This document shows positions 36,086 to 48,317 of a stretch of 64,000 nucleotides of DNA, one piece after another. A program made the position numbers and the translations under genes. Position 1 is the stretch's first letter; the number at the start of each line of letters is the position of its first letter. Source of the stretch: the human T2T-CHM13v2.0 reference genome, Homo sapiens; NCBI RefSeq assembly GCF_009914755.1, contig NC_060929.1; one strand, given 5' to 3'. The notes beneath the pieces are model-generated. The model was not told where the DNA came from and did not search any database. It saw nothing but the letters and a program-made list of their open reading frames with translations.

Positions 36086-38803
36086 GAATTCCCAGTAACT
36101 TCCTTGTGTTGTGTACATTCAACTCACAGAGTTGAACGTTCCCTTAGACAGAGCAGATTTGAAACACTCTTTTTGTGCAATTGGCAAGTGGAGATTTCAA
36201 GCGCTTTAAGGTCAATGGCAGAAAAGGAAATATCTTCGTTTCAAAACTAGACAGAATCATTCCCACAAACTGCGTTGTGATGTGTTCGTTCATCTCACAG
36301 AGTTTAACCTTTCTTTTCATAGAGCAGTTAGGAAACACTCTGTTTGTAAATTCTGTAAGTGGATATTCTGACATCTTGTGGCCTTCGTTGGAAACGGGAT
36401 TTCTTCATATTCTGCTAGACAGAAGAATTCTCAGAATCTTCCTTGTGTTGTGTGTATTCAACTCACACAGTTGAACGATGGTTTACACAGAGCAGATTTG
36501 AAACACTCTTTTTGTGGAATTTGCAAGTGGAGATTTCAGCCGCTTTGAGGTCAATGGTAGAAAAGGAAATATCTTCGTATAAAAACTAGACAGAATGATT
36601 CTCAGAAACTTCTTTGTGATGTGTGCGTTCAACTCACAGAGTTTAACCTTTCTTTTCATAGAGCAGTTAGGAAACACTCTGTTTGTAAACTCTGCAAGTG
36701 GATATTCAGACCTCTTTGAGGCCTTCGTTGGAAACGGGATTTCTTCATACTGTGCTAGACAGAAGAATTCTCAGTAACTTCCTTGTGTTGTGTGTATTCA
36801 ACTCACAGAGTTGAACGATCCTTTACACAGAGCAGACTTGAAACACTCTTTTTGTGGAATTTGCAAGTGGAGATTTCAGCCGCGTTGAGGTCAATGGTAG
36901 AAAAGGAAATATCTTCGTATAAAAACTAGACAGAATGATTCTCAGAAACTCCTTTGAGATGTGTGTGTTCAACTCACAGAGTTTAACCTTTCTTTTCATA
37001 GAGCAGTTAGGAATCACTCTGTTTGTAAAGTCTGCAAGTGGATATTCAGACCTCTTTGAGGCCTTCGTTGGAAACGGGTTTTTTTCATATAAGGCTAGAC
37101 AGAAGAATTCCCAGTAACTTCCTTGTGTTGTGTGTGTTCAACTCACAGAGTTGAACTTTCATTTACACAGAGCAGATTTGAAACACTCTTTTTGTGGAAT
37201 TTGCAAATGGAGATTTCAAGCGCTTTGAGGCCAAAGGCAGAAAAGGAAATATCTTCGTATAAAAACTAGACAGAATCATTCTCAGAAACTGCTCTGCGAT
37301 GTGTGCGTTCAACTCTCAGAGTTTAACTTTGCTTTTCATTCAGCAGTTTGGAAACACTCTGTTTGTAAAGTCTGCACGTGGATAATTTGACCACTTAGAG
37401 GCCTTCGTTGGAAACGGGTTTTTTTCATGTAAGGCTAGACAGAAGAATTCTCAGTAACTTCCTTGTGTTGTGTGTATTCAACTCACACAGTTGAACGATC
37501 CTTTACAAAGAGCAGACTTGTAACACTCTTTTTGTGGAATTTGCAAGTGGAGATTTCAGCCGCTTTGAAGTCAAAGTAGAAAAGGAAATATCTTCCTATA
37601 AAAACTAGACAGAATGATTCTCAGAAACTCCTTTGTGATGTGTGCGTTCAACTCGCAGAGTTTAACCTTTCTTTTCATAGAGCAGTTAGGAAACACTCTG
37701 TTTGTAAAGTCTGCAAGTGGATATTCAGACCTCTTTGAGGCCTTCGTTGGAAACGGGTTTTTTTCATATAAGGCTAGACAGAAGAATTCCCAGTAACTTC
37801 CTTGTGTTGTGTGTGTTCAACTCACAGAGTTGAACTTTCATTTACACAGAGCAGATTTGAAACACTCTTTTTGTGGAATTTGCAGGTGGAGATTTCAAGC
37901 GCTTTGAGGCCAAAGGCAGAAAAGGAAATATCTTCGTATAAAAACTAGACAGAATCATTCTCAGAAACTGCTCTGCGATGTGTGCGTTCAACTCTCAGAG
38001 TTTAACTTTTCTTTTCATTCAGCAGTTTGGAAACACTCTGTTTGTAAAGTCTGCACGTGGATAATTTGACCACTTAGAGGCCTTCGTTGGAAACGGGTTT
38101 TTTTCATGTAAGGCTAGACAGAAGAATTCTCAGTAACTTCCTTGTGTTGTGTGTATTCAACTCACAGAGTTGAACGATCCTTTACACAGAGCAGACTTGT
38201 AACACTCTTTTTGTGGAATTTGCAAGTGGAGATTTCAGCCGCTTTGAAGTCAAAGGTAGAAAAGGAAATATCTTCCTATAAAAACTAGACAGAATGATTC
38301 TCAGAAACTCCTTTGTGATGTGTGCGTTCAACTCACAGAGTTTAACCTTTCTTTTCATAGAGCAGTTAGGAAACACTCTGCTTGTAAAGTCTGCAAGTGG
38401 ATATTCAGCCCTCTTTGAGGCCTTCGTTGGAAACGGGTTTTTTTCATATAAGGCTAGACAGAAGAATTCCCAGTAACTTCCTTGTGTTGTGTGTGTTCAA
38501 CTCACAGAGTTGAACTTTGATTTACACAGAGCAGATTTGAAACACTCTTTTTGTGGAATTTGCAAGTGGAGATTTCAAGCGCTTTGAGGCCAAAGGCAGA
38601 AAAGGAAATATCTTCGTATAAAAACTAGACAGAATCATTCTCAGAAACTGCTCTGCGATGTGTGCGTTCAACTCTCAGAGTTTAACTTTTCTTTTCATTC
38701 AGCAGTTTGGAAACACTCTGTTTGTAAAGTCTGCACGTGGATATTTTGACCACTTAGAGGCCTTCGTTGGAAACGGGTTTTTTTCCTGTAAGGCTAGACA
38801 GAA
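36086..38803 (+). repeat. HOR 16-mer
   Basis: Spacing 2718 bp. Confidence 0.9.
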
Positions 38804-40162
38804 GAATTCCCAGTAACTTCCTTGTGTTGTGTACATTCAACTCACAGAGTTGAACGTTCCCTTAGACAGAGCAGATTTGAAACACTCTTTTTGTGCAATT
38901 GGCAAGTGGAGATTTCAAGCGCTTTAAGGTCAATGGCAGAAAAGGAAATATCTTCGTTTCAAAACTAGACAGAATCATTCCCACAAACTGCGTTGTGATG
39001 TGTTCGTTCATCTCACAGAGTTTAACCTTTCTTTTCATAGAGCAGTTAGGAAACAGTCTGTTTGAAAATTCTGTAAGTGGATATTCTGACATCTTGTGGC
39101 CTTCGTTGGAAACGGGATTTCTTCATATTCTGCTAGACAGAAGAATTCTCAGAAACTTCCTTGTGTTGTGTGTATTCAACTCACACAGTTGAACGATGGT
39201 TTACACAGAGCAGATTTGAAACACTCTTTTTGTGGAATTTGCAAGTGGAGATTTCAGCCGCTTTGAGGTCAATGGTAGAAAAGGAAATATCTTCGTATAA
39301 AAACTAGACAGAATGATTCTCAGAAACTTCTTTGTGATGTGTGCGTTCAACTCACAGAGTTTAACCTTTCTTTTCATAGAGCAGTTAGGAAACACTCTGT
39401 TTGTAAACTCTGCAAGTGGATATTCAGACCTCTTTGAGGCCTTCGTTGGAAACGGGATTTCTTCATACTGTGCTAGACAGAAGAATTCTCAGTAACTTCC
39501 TTGTGTTGTGTGTATTCAACTCACAGAGTTGAACGATCCTTTACACAGAGCAGACTTGTAACACTCTTTTTGTGGAATTTGCAAGTGGAGATTTCAGCCG
39601 CTTTGAAGTCAAAGGTAGAAAAGGAAATATCTTCCTATAAAAACTAGACAGAATGATTCTCAGAAACTCCTTTGTGATGTGTGCGTTCAACTCACAGAGT
39701 TTAACCTTTCTTTTCATAGAGCAGTTAGGAAACACTCTGCTTGTAAAGTCTGCAAGTGGATATTCAGCTCTCTTTGAGGCCTTCGTTGGAAACGGGTTTT
39801 TTTCATATAAGGCTAGACAGAAGAATTCCCAGTAACTTCCTTGTGTTGTGTGTGTTCAACTCACAGAGTTGAACTTTGATTTACACAGAGCAGATTTGAA
39901 ACACTCTTTTTGTGGAATTTGCAAGTGGAGATTTCAAGCGCTTTGAGGCCAAAGGCAGAAAAGGAAATATCTTCGTATAAAAACTAGACAGAATCATTCT
40001 CAGAAACTGCTCTGCGATGTGTGCGTTCAACTCTCAGAGTTTAACTTTTCTTTTCATTCAGCAGTTTGGAAACACTCTGTTTGTAAAGTCTGCACGTGGA
40101 TATTTTGACCACTTAGAGGCCTTCGTTGGAAACGGGTTTTTTTCCTGTAAGGCTAGACAGAA
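38804..40162 (+). repeat. HOR variant, 8-mer C-D-B-A
   Basis: Spacing 1359 bp; the E dimer is absent. Confidence 0.9.
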
Positions 40163-42201
40163 GAATTCCCAGTAACTTCCTTGTGTTGTGTACATTCAAC
40201 TCACAGAGTTGAACGTTCCCTTAGACAGAGCAGATTTGAAACACTCTTTTTGTGCAATTGGCAAGTGGAGATTTCAAGCGCTTTAAGGTCAATGGCAGAA
40301 AAGGAAATATCTTCGTTTCAAAACTAGACAGAATCATTCCCACAAACTGCGTTGTGATGTGTTCGTTCATCTCACAGAGTTTAACCTTTCTTTTCATAGA
40401 GCAGTTAGGAAACACTCTGTTTGTAAATTCTGTAAGTGGATATTCTGACATCTTGTGGCCTTCGTTGGAAACGGGATTTCTTCATATTCTGCTAGACAGA
40501 AGAATTCTCAGAATCTTCCTTGTGTTGTGTGTATTCAACTCACACAGTTGAACGATGGTTTACACAGAGCAGATTTGAAACACTCTTTTTGTGGAATTTG
40601 CAAGTGGAGATTTCAGCCGCTTTGAGGTCAATGGTAGAAAAGGAAATATCTTCGTATAAAAACTAGACAGAATGATTCTCAGAAACTTCTTTGTGATGTG
40701 TGCGTTCAACTCACAGAGTTTAACCTTTCTTTTCATAGAGCAGTTAGGAAACACTCTGTTTGTAAACTCTGCAAGTGGATATTCAGACCTCTTTGAGGCC
40801 TTCGTTGGAAACGGGATTTCTTCATACTGTGCTAGACAGAAGAATTCTCAGTAACTTCCTTGTGTTGTGTGTATTCAACTCACAGAGTTGAACGATCCTT
40901 TACACAGAGCAGACTTGAAACACTCTTTTTGTGGAATTTGCAAGTGGAGATTTCAGCCGCGTTGAGGTCAATGGTAGAAAAGGAAATATCTTCGTATAAA
41001 AACTAGACAGAATGATTCTCAGAAACTCCTTTGAGATGTGTGTGTTCAACTCACAGAGTTTAACCTTTCTTTTCATAGAGCAGTTAGGAATCACTCTGTT
41101 TGTAAAGTCTGCAAGTGGATATTCAGACCTCTTTGAGGCCTTCGTTGGAAACGGGTTTTTTTCATATAAGGCTAGACAGAAGAATTCCCAGTAACTTCCT
41201 TGTGTTGTGTGTGTTCAACTCACAGAGTTGAACTTTCATTTACACAGAGCAGATTTGAAACACTCTTTTTGTGGAATTTGCAAATGGAGATTTCAAGCGC
41301 TTTGAGGCCAAAGGCAGAAAAGGAAACATCTTCGTATAAAAACTAGACAGAATCATTCTCAGAAACTGCTCTGCGATGGGTGCGTTCAACTCTCAGAGTT
41401 TAACTTTGCTTTTCATTCAGCAGTTTGGAAACACTCTGTTTGTAAAGTCTGCACGTGGATAATTTGACCACTTAGAGGCCTTCGTTGGAAACGGGTTTTT
41501 TTCATGTAAGGCTAGACAGAAGAATTCTCAGTAACTTCCTTGTGTTGTGTGTATTCAACTCACAGAGTTGAACGATCCTTTACACAGAGCAGACTTGTAA
41601 CACTCTTTTTGTGGAATTTGCAAGTGGAGATTTCAGCCGCTTTGAAGTCAAAGGTAGAAAAGGAAATATCTTCCTATAAAAACTAGACAGAATGATTCTC
41701 AGAAACTCCTTTGTGATGTGTGCGTTCAACTCACAGAGTTTAACCTTTCTTTTCATAGAGCAGTTAGGAAACACTCTGTTTGTAAAGTCTGCAAGTGGAT
41801 ATTCAGACCTCTTTGAGGCCTTCGTTGGAAACGGGTTTTTTTCATATAAGGCTAGACAGAAGAATTCCCAGTAACTTCCTTGTGTTGTGTGTGTTCAACT
41901 CACAGAGTTGAACTTTCATTTACACAGAGCAGATTTGAAACACTCTTTTTGTGGAATTTGCAAGTGGAGATTTCAAGCGCTTTGAGGCCAAAGGCAGAAA
42001 AGGAAATATCTTCGTATAAAAACTAGACAGAATCATTCTCAGAAACTGCTCTGCGATGTGTGCGTTCAACTCTCAGAGTTTAACTTTTCTTTTCATTCAG
42101 CAGTTTGGAAACACTCTGTTTGTAAAGTCTGCACGTGGATATTTTGACCACTTAGAGGCCTTCGTTGGAAACGGGTTTTTTTCCTGTAAGGCTAGACAGA
42201 A
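40163..42201 (+). repeat. HOR 12-mer
   Basis: Spacing 2039 bp. Confidence 0.9.
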
Positions 42202-44919
42202 GAATTCCCAGTAACTTCCTTGTGTTGTGTACATTCAACTCACAGAGTTGAACGTTCCCTTAGACAGAGCAGATTTGAAACACTCTTTTTGTGCAATTGG
42301 CAAGTGGAGATTTCAAGCGCTTTAAGGTCAATGGCAGAAAAGGAAATATCTTCGTTTCAAAACTAGACAGAATCATTCCCACAAACTGCGTTGTGATGTG
42401 TTCGTTCATCTCACAGAGTTTAACCTTTCTTTTCATAGAGCAGTTAGGAAACACTCTGTTCGTAAATTCTGTAAGTGGATATTCTGACATCTTGTGGCCT
42501 TCGTTGGAAACGGGATTTCTTCATATTCTGCTAGACAGAAGAATTCTCAGAATCTTCCTTGTGTTGTGTGTATTCAACTCACACAGTTGAACGATGGTTT
42601 ACACAGAGCAGATTTGAAACACTCTTTTTGTGGAATTTGCAAGTGGAGATTTCAGCCGCTTTGAGGTCAATGGTAGAAAAGGAAATATCTTCGTATAAAA
42701 ACTAGACAGAATGATTCTCAGAAACTTCTTTGTGATGTGTGCGTTCAACTCACAGAGTTTAACCTTTCTTTTCATAGAGCAGTTAGGAAACACTCTGTTT
42801 GTAAACTCTGCAAGTGGATATTCAGACCTCTTTGAGGCCTTCGTTGGAAACGGGATTTCTTCATACTGTGCTAGACAGAAGAATTCTCAGTAACTTCCTT
42901 GTGTTGTGTGTATTCAACTCACAGAGTTGAACGATCCTTTACACAGAGCAGACTTGAAACACTCTTTTTGTGGAATTTGCAAGTGGAGATTTCAGCCGCG
43001 TTGAGGTCAATGGTAGAAAAGGAAATATCTTCGTATAAAAACTAGACAGAATGATTCTCAGAAACTCCTTTGAGATGTGTGTGTTCAACTCACAGAGTTT
43101 AACCTTTCTTTTCATAGAGCAGTTAGGAATCACTCTGTTTGTAAAGTCTGCAAGTGGATATTCAGACCTCTTTGAGGCCTTCGTTGGAAACGGGTTTTTT
43201 TCATATAAGGCTAGACAGAAGAATTCCCAGTAACTTCCTTGTGTTGTGTGTGTTCAACTCACAGAGTTGAACTTTCATTTACACAGAGCAGATTTGAAAC
43301 ACTCTTTTTGTGGAATTTGCAAATGGAGATTTCAAGCGCTTTGAGGCCAAAGGCAGAAAAGGAAATATCTTCGTATAAAAACTAGACAGAATCATTCTCA
43401 GAAACTGCTCTGCGATGTGTGCGTTCAACTCTCAGAGTTTAACTTTGCTTTTCATTCAGCAGTTTGGAAACACTCTGTTTGTAAAGTCTGCACGTGGATA
43501 ATTTGACCACTTAGAGGCCTTCGTTGGAAACGGGTTTTTTTCATGTAAGGCTAGACAGAAGAATTCTCAGTAACTTCCTTGTGTTGTGTGTATTCAACTC
43601 ACACAGTTGAACGATCCTTTACAAAGAGCAGACTTGTAACACTCTTTTTGTGGAATTTGCAAGTGGAGATTTCAGCCGCTTTGAAGTCAAAGTAGAAAAG
43701 GAAATATCTTCCTATAAAAACTAGACAGAATGATTCTCAGAAACTCCTTTGTGATGTGTGGGTTCAACTCGCAGAGTTTAACCTTTCTTTTCATAGAGCA
43801 GTTAGGAAACACTCTGTTTGTAAAGTCTGCAAGTGGATATTCAGACCTCTTTGAGGCCTTCGTTGGAAACGGGTTTTTTTCATATAAGGCTAGACAGAAG
43901 AATTCCCAGTAACTTCCTTGTGTTGTGTGTGTTCAACTCACAGAGTTGAACTTTCATTTACACAGAGCAGATTTGAAACACTCTTTTTGTGGAATTTGCA
44001 GGTGGAGATTTCAAGCGCTTTGAGGCCAAAGGCAGAAAAGGAAATATCTTCGTATAAAAACTAGACAGAATCATTCTCAGAAACTGCTCTGCGATGTGTG
44101 CGTTCAACTCTCAGAGTTTAACTTTTCTTTTCATTCAGCAGTTTGGAAACACTCTGTTTGTAAAGTCTGCACGTGGATAATTTGACCACTTAGAGGCCTT
44201 CGTTGGAAACGGGTTTTTTTCATGTAAGGCTAGACAGAAGAATTCTCAGTAACTTCCTTGTGTTGTGTGTATTCAACTCACAGAGTTGAACGATCCTTTA
44301 CACAGAGCAGACTTGTAACACTCTTTTTGTGGAATTTGCAAGTGGAGATTTCAGCCGCTTTGAAGTCAAAGGTAGAAAAGGAAATATCTTCCTATAAAAA
44401 CTAGACAGAATGATTCTCAGAAACTCCTTTGTGATGTGTGCGTTCAACTCACAGAGTTTAACCTTTCTTTTCATAGAGCAGTTAGGAAACACTCTGCTTG
44501 TAAAGTCTGCAAGTGGATATTCAGCCCTCTTTGAGGCCTTCGTTGGAAACGGGTTTTTTTCATATAAGGCTAGACAGAAGAATTCCCAGTAACTTCCTTG
44601 TGTTGTGTGTGTTCAACTCACAGAGTTGAACTTTGATTTACACAGAGCAGATTTGAAACACTCTTTTTGTGGAATTTGCAAGTGGAGATTTCAAGCGCTT
44701 TGAGGCCAAAGGCAGAAAAGGAAATATCTTCGTATAAAAACTAGACAGAATCATTCTCAGAAACTGCTCTGCGATGTGTGCGTTCAACTCTCAGAGTTTA
44801 ACTTTTCTTTTCATTCAGCAGTTTGGAAACACTCTGTTTGTAAAGTCTGCACGTGGATATTTTGACCACTTAGAGGCCTTCGTTGGAAACGGGTTTTTTT
44901 CCTGTAAGGCTAGACAGAA
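42202..44919 (+). repeat. HOR 16-mer
   Basis: Spacing 2718 bp. Confidence 0.9.
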
Positions 44920-47900
44920 GAATTCCCAGTAACTTCCTTGTGTTGTGTACATTCAACTCACAGAGTTGAACGTTCCCTTAGACAGAGCAGATTTGAAACA
45001 CTCTTTTTGTGCAATTGGCAAGTGGAGATTTCAAGCGCTTTAAGGTCAATGGCAGAAAAGGAAATATCTTCGTTTCAAAACTAGACAGAATCATTCCCAC
45101 AAACTGCGTTGTGATGTGTTCGTTCATCTCACAGAGTTTAACCTTTCTTTTCATAGAGCAGTTAGGAAACAGTCTGTTTGAAAATTCTGTAAGTGGATAT
45201 TCTGACATCTTGTGGCCTTCGTTGGAAACGGGATTTCTTCATATTCTGCTAGACAGAAGAATTCTCAGAAACTTCCTTGTGTTGTGTGTATTCAACTCAC
45301 ACAGTTGAACGATGGTTTACACAGAGCAGATTTGAAACACTCTTTTTGTGGAATTTGCAAGTGGAGATTTCAGCCGCTTTGAGGTCAATGGTAGAAAAGG
45401 AAATATCTTCGTATAAAAACTAGACAGAATGATTCTCAGAAACTTCTTTGTGATGTGTGCGTTCAACTCACAGAGTTTAACCTTTCTTTTCATAGAGCAG
45501 TTAGGAAACACTCTGTTTGTAAACTCTGCAAGTGGATATTCAGACCTCTTTGAGGCCTTCGTTGGAAACGGGATTTCTTCATACTGTGCTAGACAGAAGA
45601 ATTCTCAGTAACTTCCTTGTGTTGTGTGTATTCAACTCACAGAGTTGAACGATCCTTTACACAGAGCAGACTTGAAACACTCTTTTTGTGGAATTTGCAA
45701 GTGGAGATTTCAGCCGCGTTGAGGTCAATGGTAGAAAAGGAAATATCTTCGTATAAAAACTAGACAGAATGATTCTCAGAAACTCCTTTGAGATGTGTGT
45801 GTTCAACTCACAGAGTTTAACCTTTCTTTTCATAGAGCAGTTAGGAATCACTCTGTTTGTAAAGTCTGCAAGTGGATATTCAGACCTCTTTGAGGCCTTC
45901 GTTGGAAACGGGTTTTTTTCATATAAGGCTAGACAGAAGAATTCCCAGTAACTTCCTTGTGTTGTGTGTGTTCAACTCACAGAGTTGAACTTTCATTTAC
46001 ACAGAGCAGATTTGAAACACTCTTTTTGTGGAATTTGCAAATGGAGATTTCAAGCGCTTTGAGGCCAAAGGCAGAAAAGGAAATATCTTCGTATAAAAAC
46101 TAGACAGAATCATTCTCAGAAACTGCTCTGCGATGTGTGCGTTCAACTCTCAGAGTTTAACTTTGCTTTTCATTCAGCAGTTTGGAAACACTCTGTTTGT
46201 AAAGTCTGCACGTGGATAATTTGACCACTTAGAGGCCTTCGTTGGAAACGGGTTTTTTTCATGTAAGGCTAGACAGAAGAATTCTCAGTAACTTCCTTGT
46301 GTTGTGTGTATTCAACTCACACAGTTGAACGATCCTTTACACAGAGCAGACTTGTAACACTCTTTTTGTGGAATTTGCAAGTGGAGATTTCAGCCGCTTT
46401 GAAGACAAAGGTGGAAAAGGAAATATCTTCCTATAAAAACTACACAGAATGATTCTCAGAAACTCCTTTGTGATGTGTGCGTTCAACTCACAGAGTTTAA
46501 CCTTTCTTTTCATAGAGCAGTTAGGAAACACTCTGTTTGTAAAGTCTGCAAGTGGATATTCAGACCTCTTTGAGGCCTTCGTTGGAAACGGGTTTTTTTC
46601 ATATAAGGCTAGACAGAAGAATTCCCAGTAACTTCCTTGTGTTGTGTGTGTTCAACTCACAGAGTTGAACTTTCATTTACACAGAGCAGATTTGAAACAC
46701 TCTTTTTGTGGAATTTGCAAGTGGAGATTTCAAGCGCTTTGAGGCCAAAGGCAGAAAAGGAAATATCTTCGTATAAAAACTAGACAGAATCATTCTCAGA
46801 AACTGCTCTGTGATGTGTGCGTTCAACTCTCAGAGTTTAACTTTTCTTTTCATTCAGCAGTTTGGAAACACTCTGTTTGTAAAGTCTGCACGTGGATAAT
46901 TTGACCACTTAGAGGCCTTCGTTGGAAACGGGTTTTTTTCATGTAAGGCTAGACAGAAGAGTTCTCAGTAACTTCCTTGTGTTGTGTGTATTCAACTCAC
47001 ACAGTTGAACGATCCTTTACAGAGAGCAGACTTGTAACACTCTTTTTGTGGAATTTGCAAGTGGAGATTTCAGCCGCTTTGAAGTCAAAGTAGAAAAGGA
47101 AATATCTTCCTATAAAAACTAGACAGAATGATTCTCAGAAACTCCTTTGTGATGTGTGCGTTCAACTCACAGAGTTTAACCTTTCTTTTCATAGAGCAGT
47201 TAGGAAACACTCTGTTTGTAAAGTCTGCAAGTGGATATTCAGACCTCTTTGAGGCCTTCGTTGGAAACGGGTTTTTTTCATATAAGGCTAGACAGAAGAA
47301 TTCCCAGTAACTTCCTTGTGTTGTGTGTGTTCAACTCACAGAGTTGAACTTTCATTTACACAGAGCAGATTTGAAACACTCTTTTTGTGGAATTTGCAGG
47401 TGGAGATTTCAAGCCCTTTGAGGCCAAAGGCAGAAAAGGAAATATCTTCGTATAAAAACTAGACAGAATCATTCTCAGAAACTGCTCTGCGATGTGTGCG
47501 TTCAACTCTCAGAGTTTAACTTTTCTTTTCATTCAGCAGTTTGGAAACACTCTGTTTGTAAAGTCTGCACGTGGATAATTTGACCACTTAGAGGCCTTCG
47601 TTGGAAACGGGTTTTTTTCATGTAAGGCTAGACAGAAGAATTCTCAGTAACTTCCTTGTGTTGTGTGTATTCAACTCACAGAGTTGAACGATCCTTTACA
47701 CAGAGCAGACTTGTAACACTCTTTTTGTGGAATTTGCAAGTGGAGATTTCAGCCGCTTTGAAGTCAAAGGTAGAAAAGGAAATATCTTCCTATAAAAACT
47801 AGACAGAATGATTCTCAGAAACTCCTTTGTGATGTGTGCGTTCAACTCACAGAGTTTAACCTTTCTTTTCATAGAGCAGTTAGGAAACACTCTGCTTGTA

Positions 47901-48317
47901 AAGTCTGCAAGTGGATATTCAGCTCTCTTTGAGGCCTTCGTTGGAAACGGGTTTTTTTCATATAAGGCTAGACAGAAGAATTCCCAGTAACTTCCTTGTG
48001 TTGTGTGTGTTCAACTCACAGAGTTGAACTTTGATTTACACAGAGCAGATTTGAAACACTCTTTTTGTGGAATTTGCAAGTGGAGATTTCAAGCGCTTTG
48101 AGGCCAAAGGCAGAAAAGGAAATATCTTCGTATAAAAACTAGACAGAATCATTCTCAAAAACTGCTCTGCGATGTGTGCGTTCAACTCTCAGAGTTTAAC
48201 TTTTCTTTTCATTCAGCAGTTTGGAAACACTCTGTTTGTAAAGTCTGCACGTGGATATTTTGACCACTTAGAGGCCTTCGTTGGAAACGGGTTTTTTTCC
48301 TGTAAGGCTAGACAGAA
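44920..48317 (+). repeat. HOR 20-mer
   Basis: Spacing 3398 bp. Confidence 0.9.
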
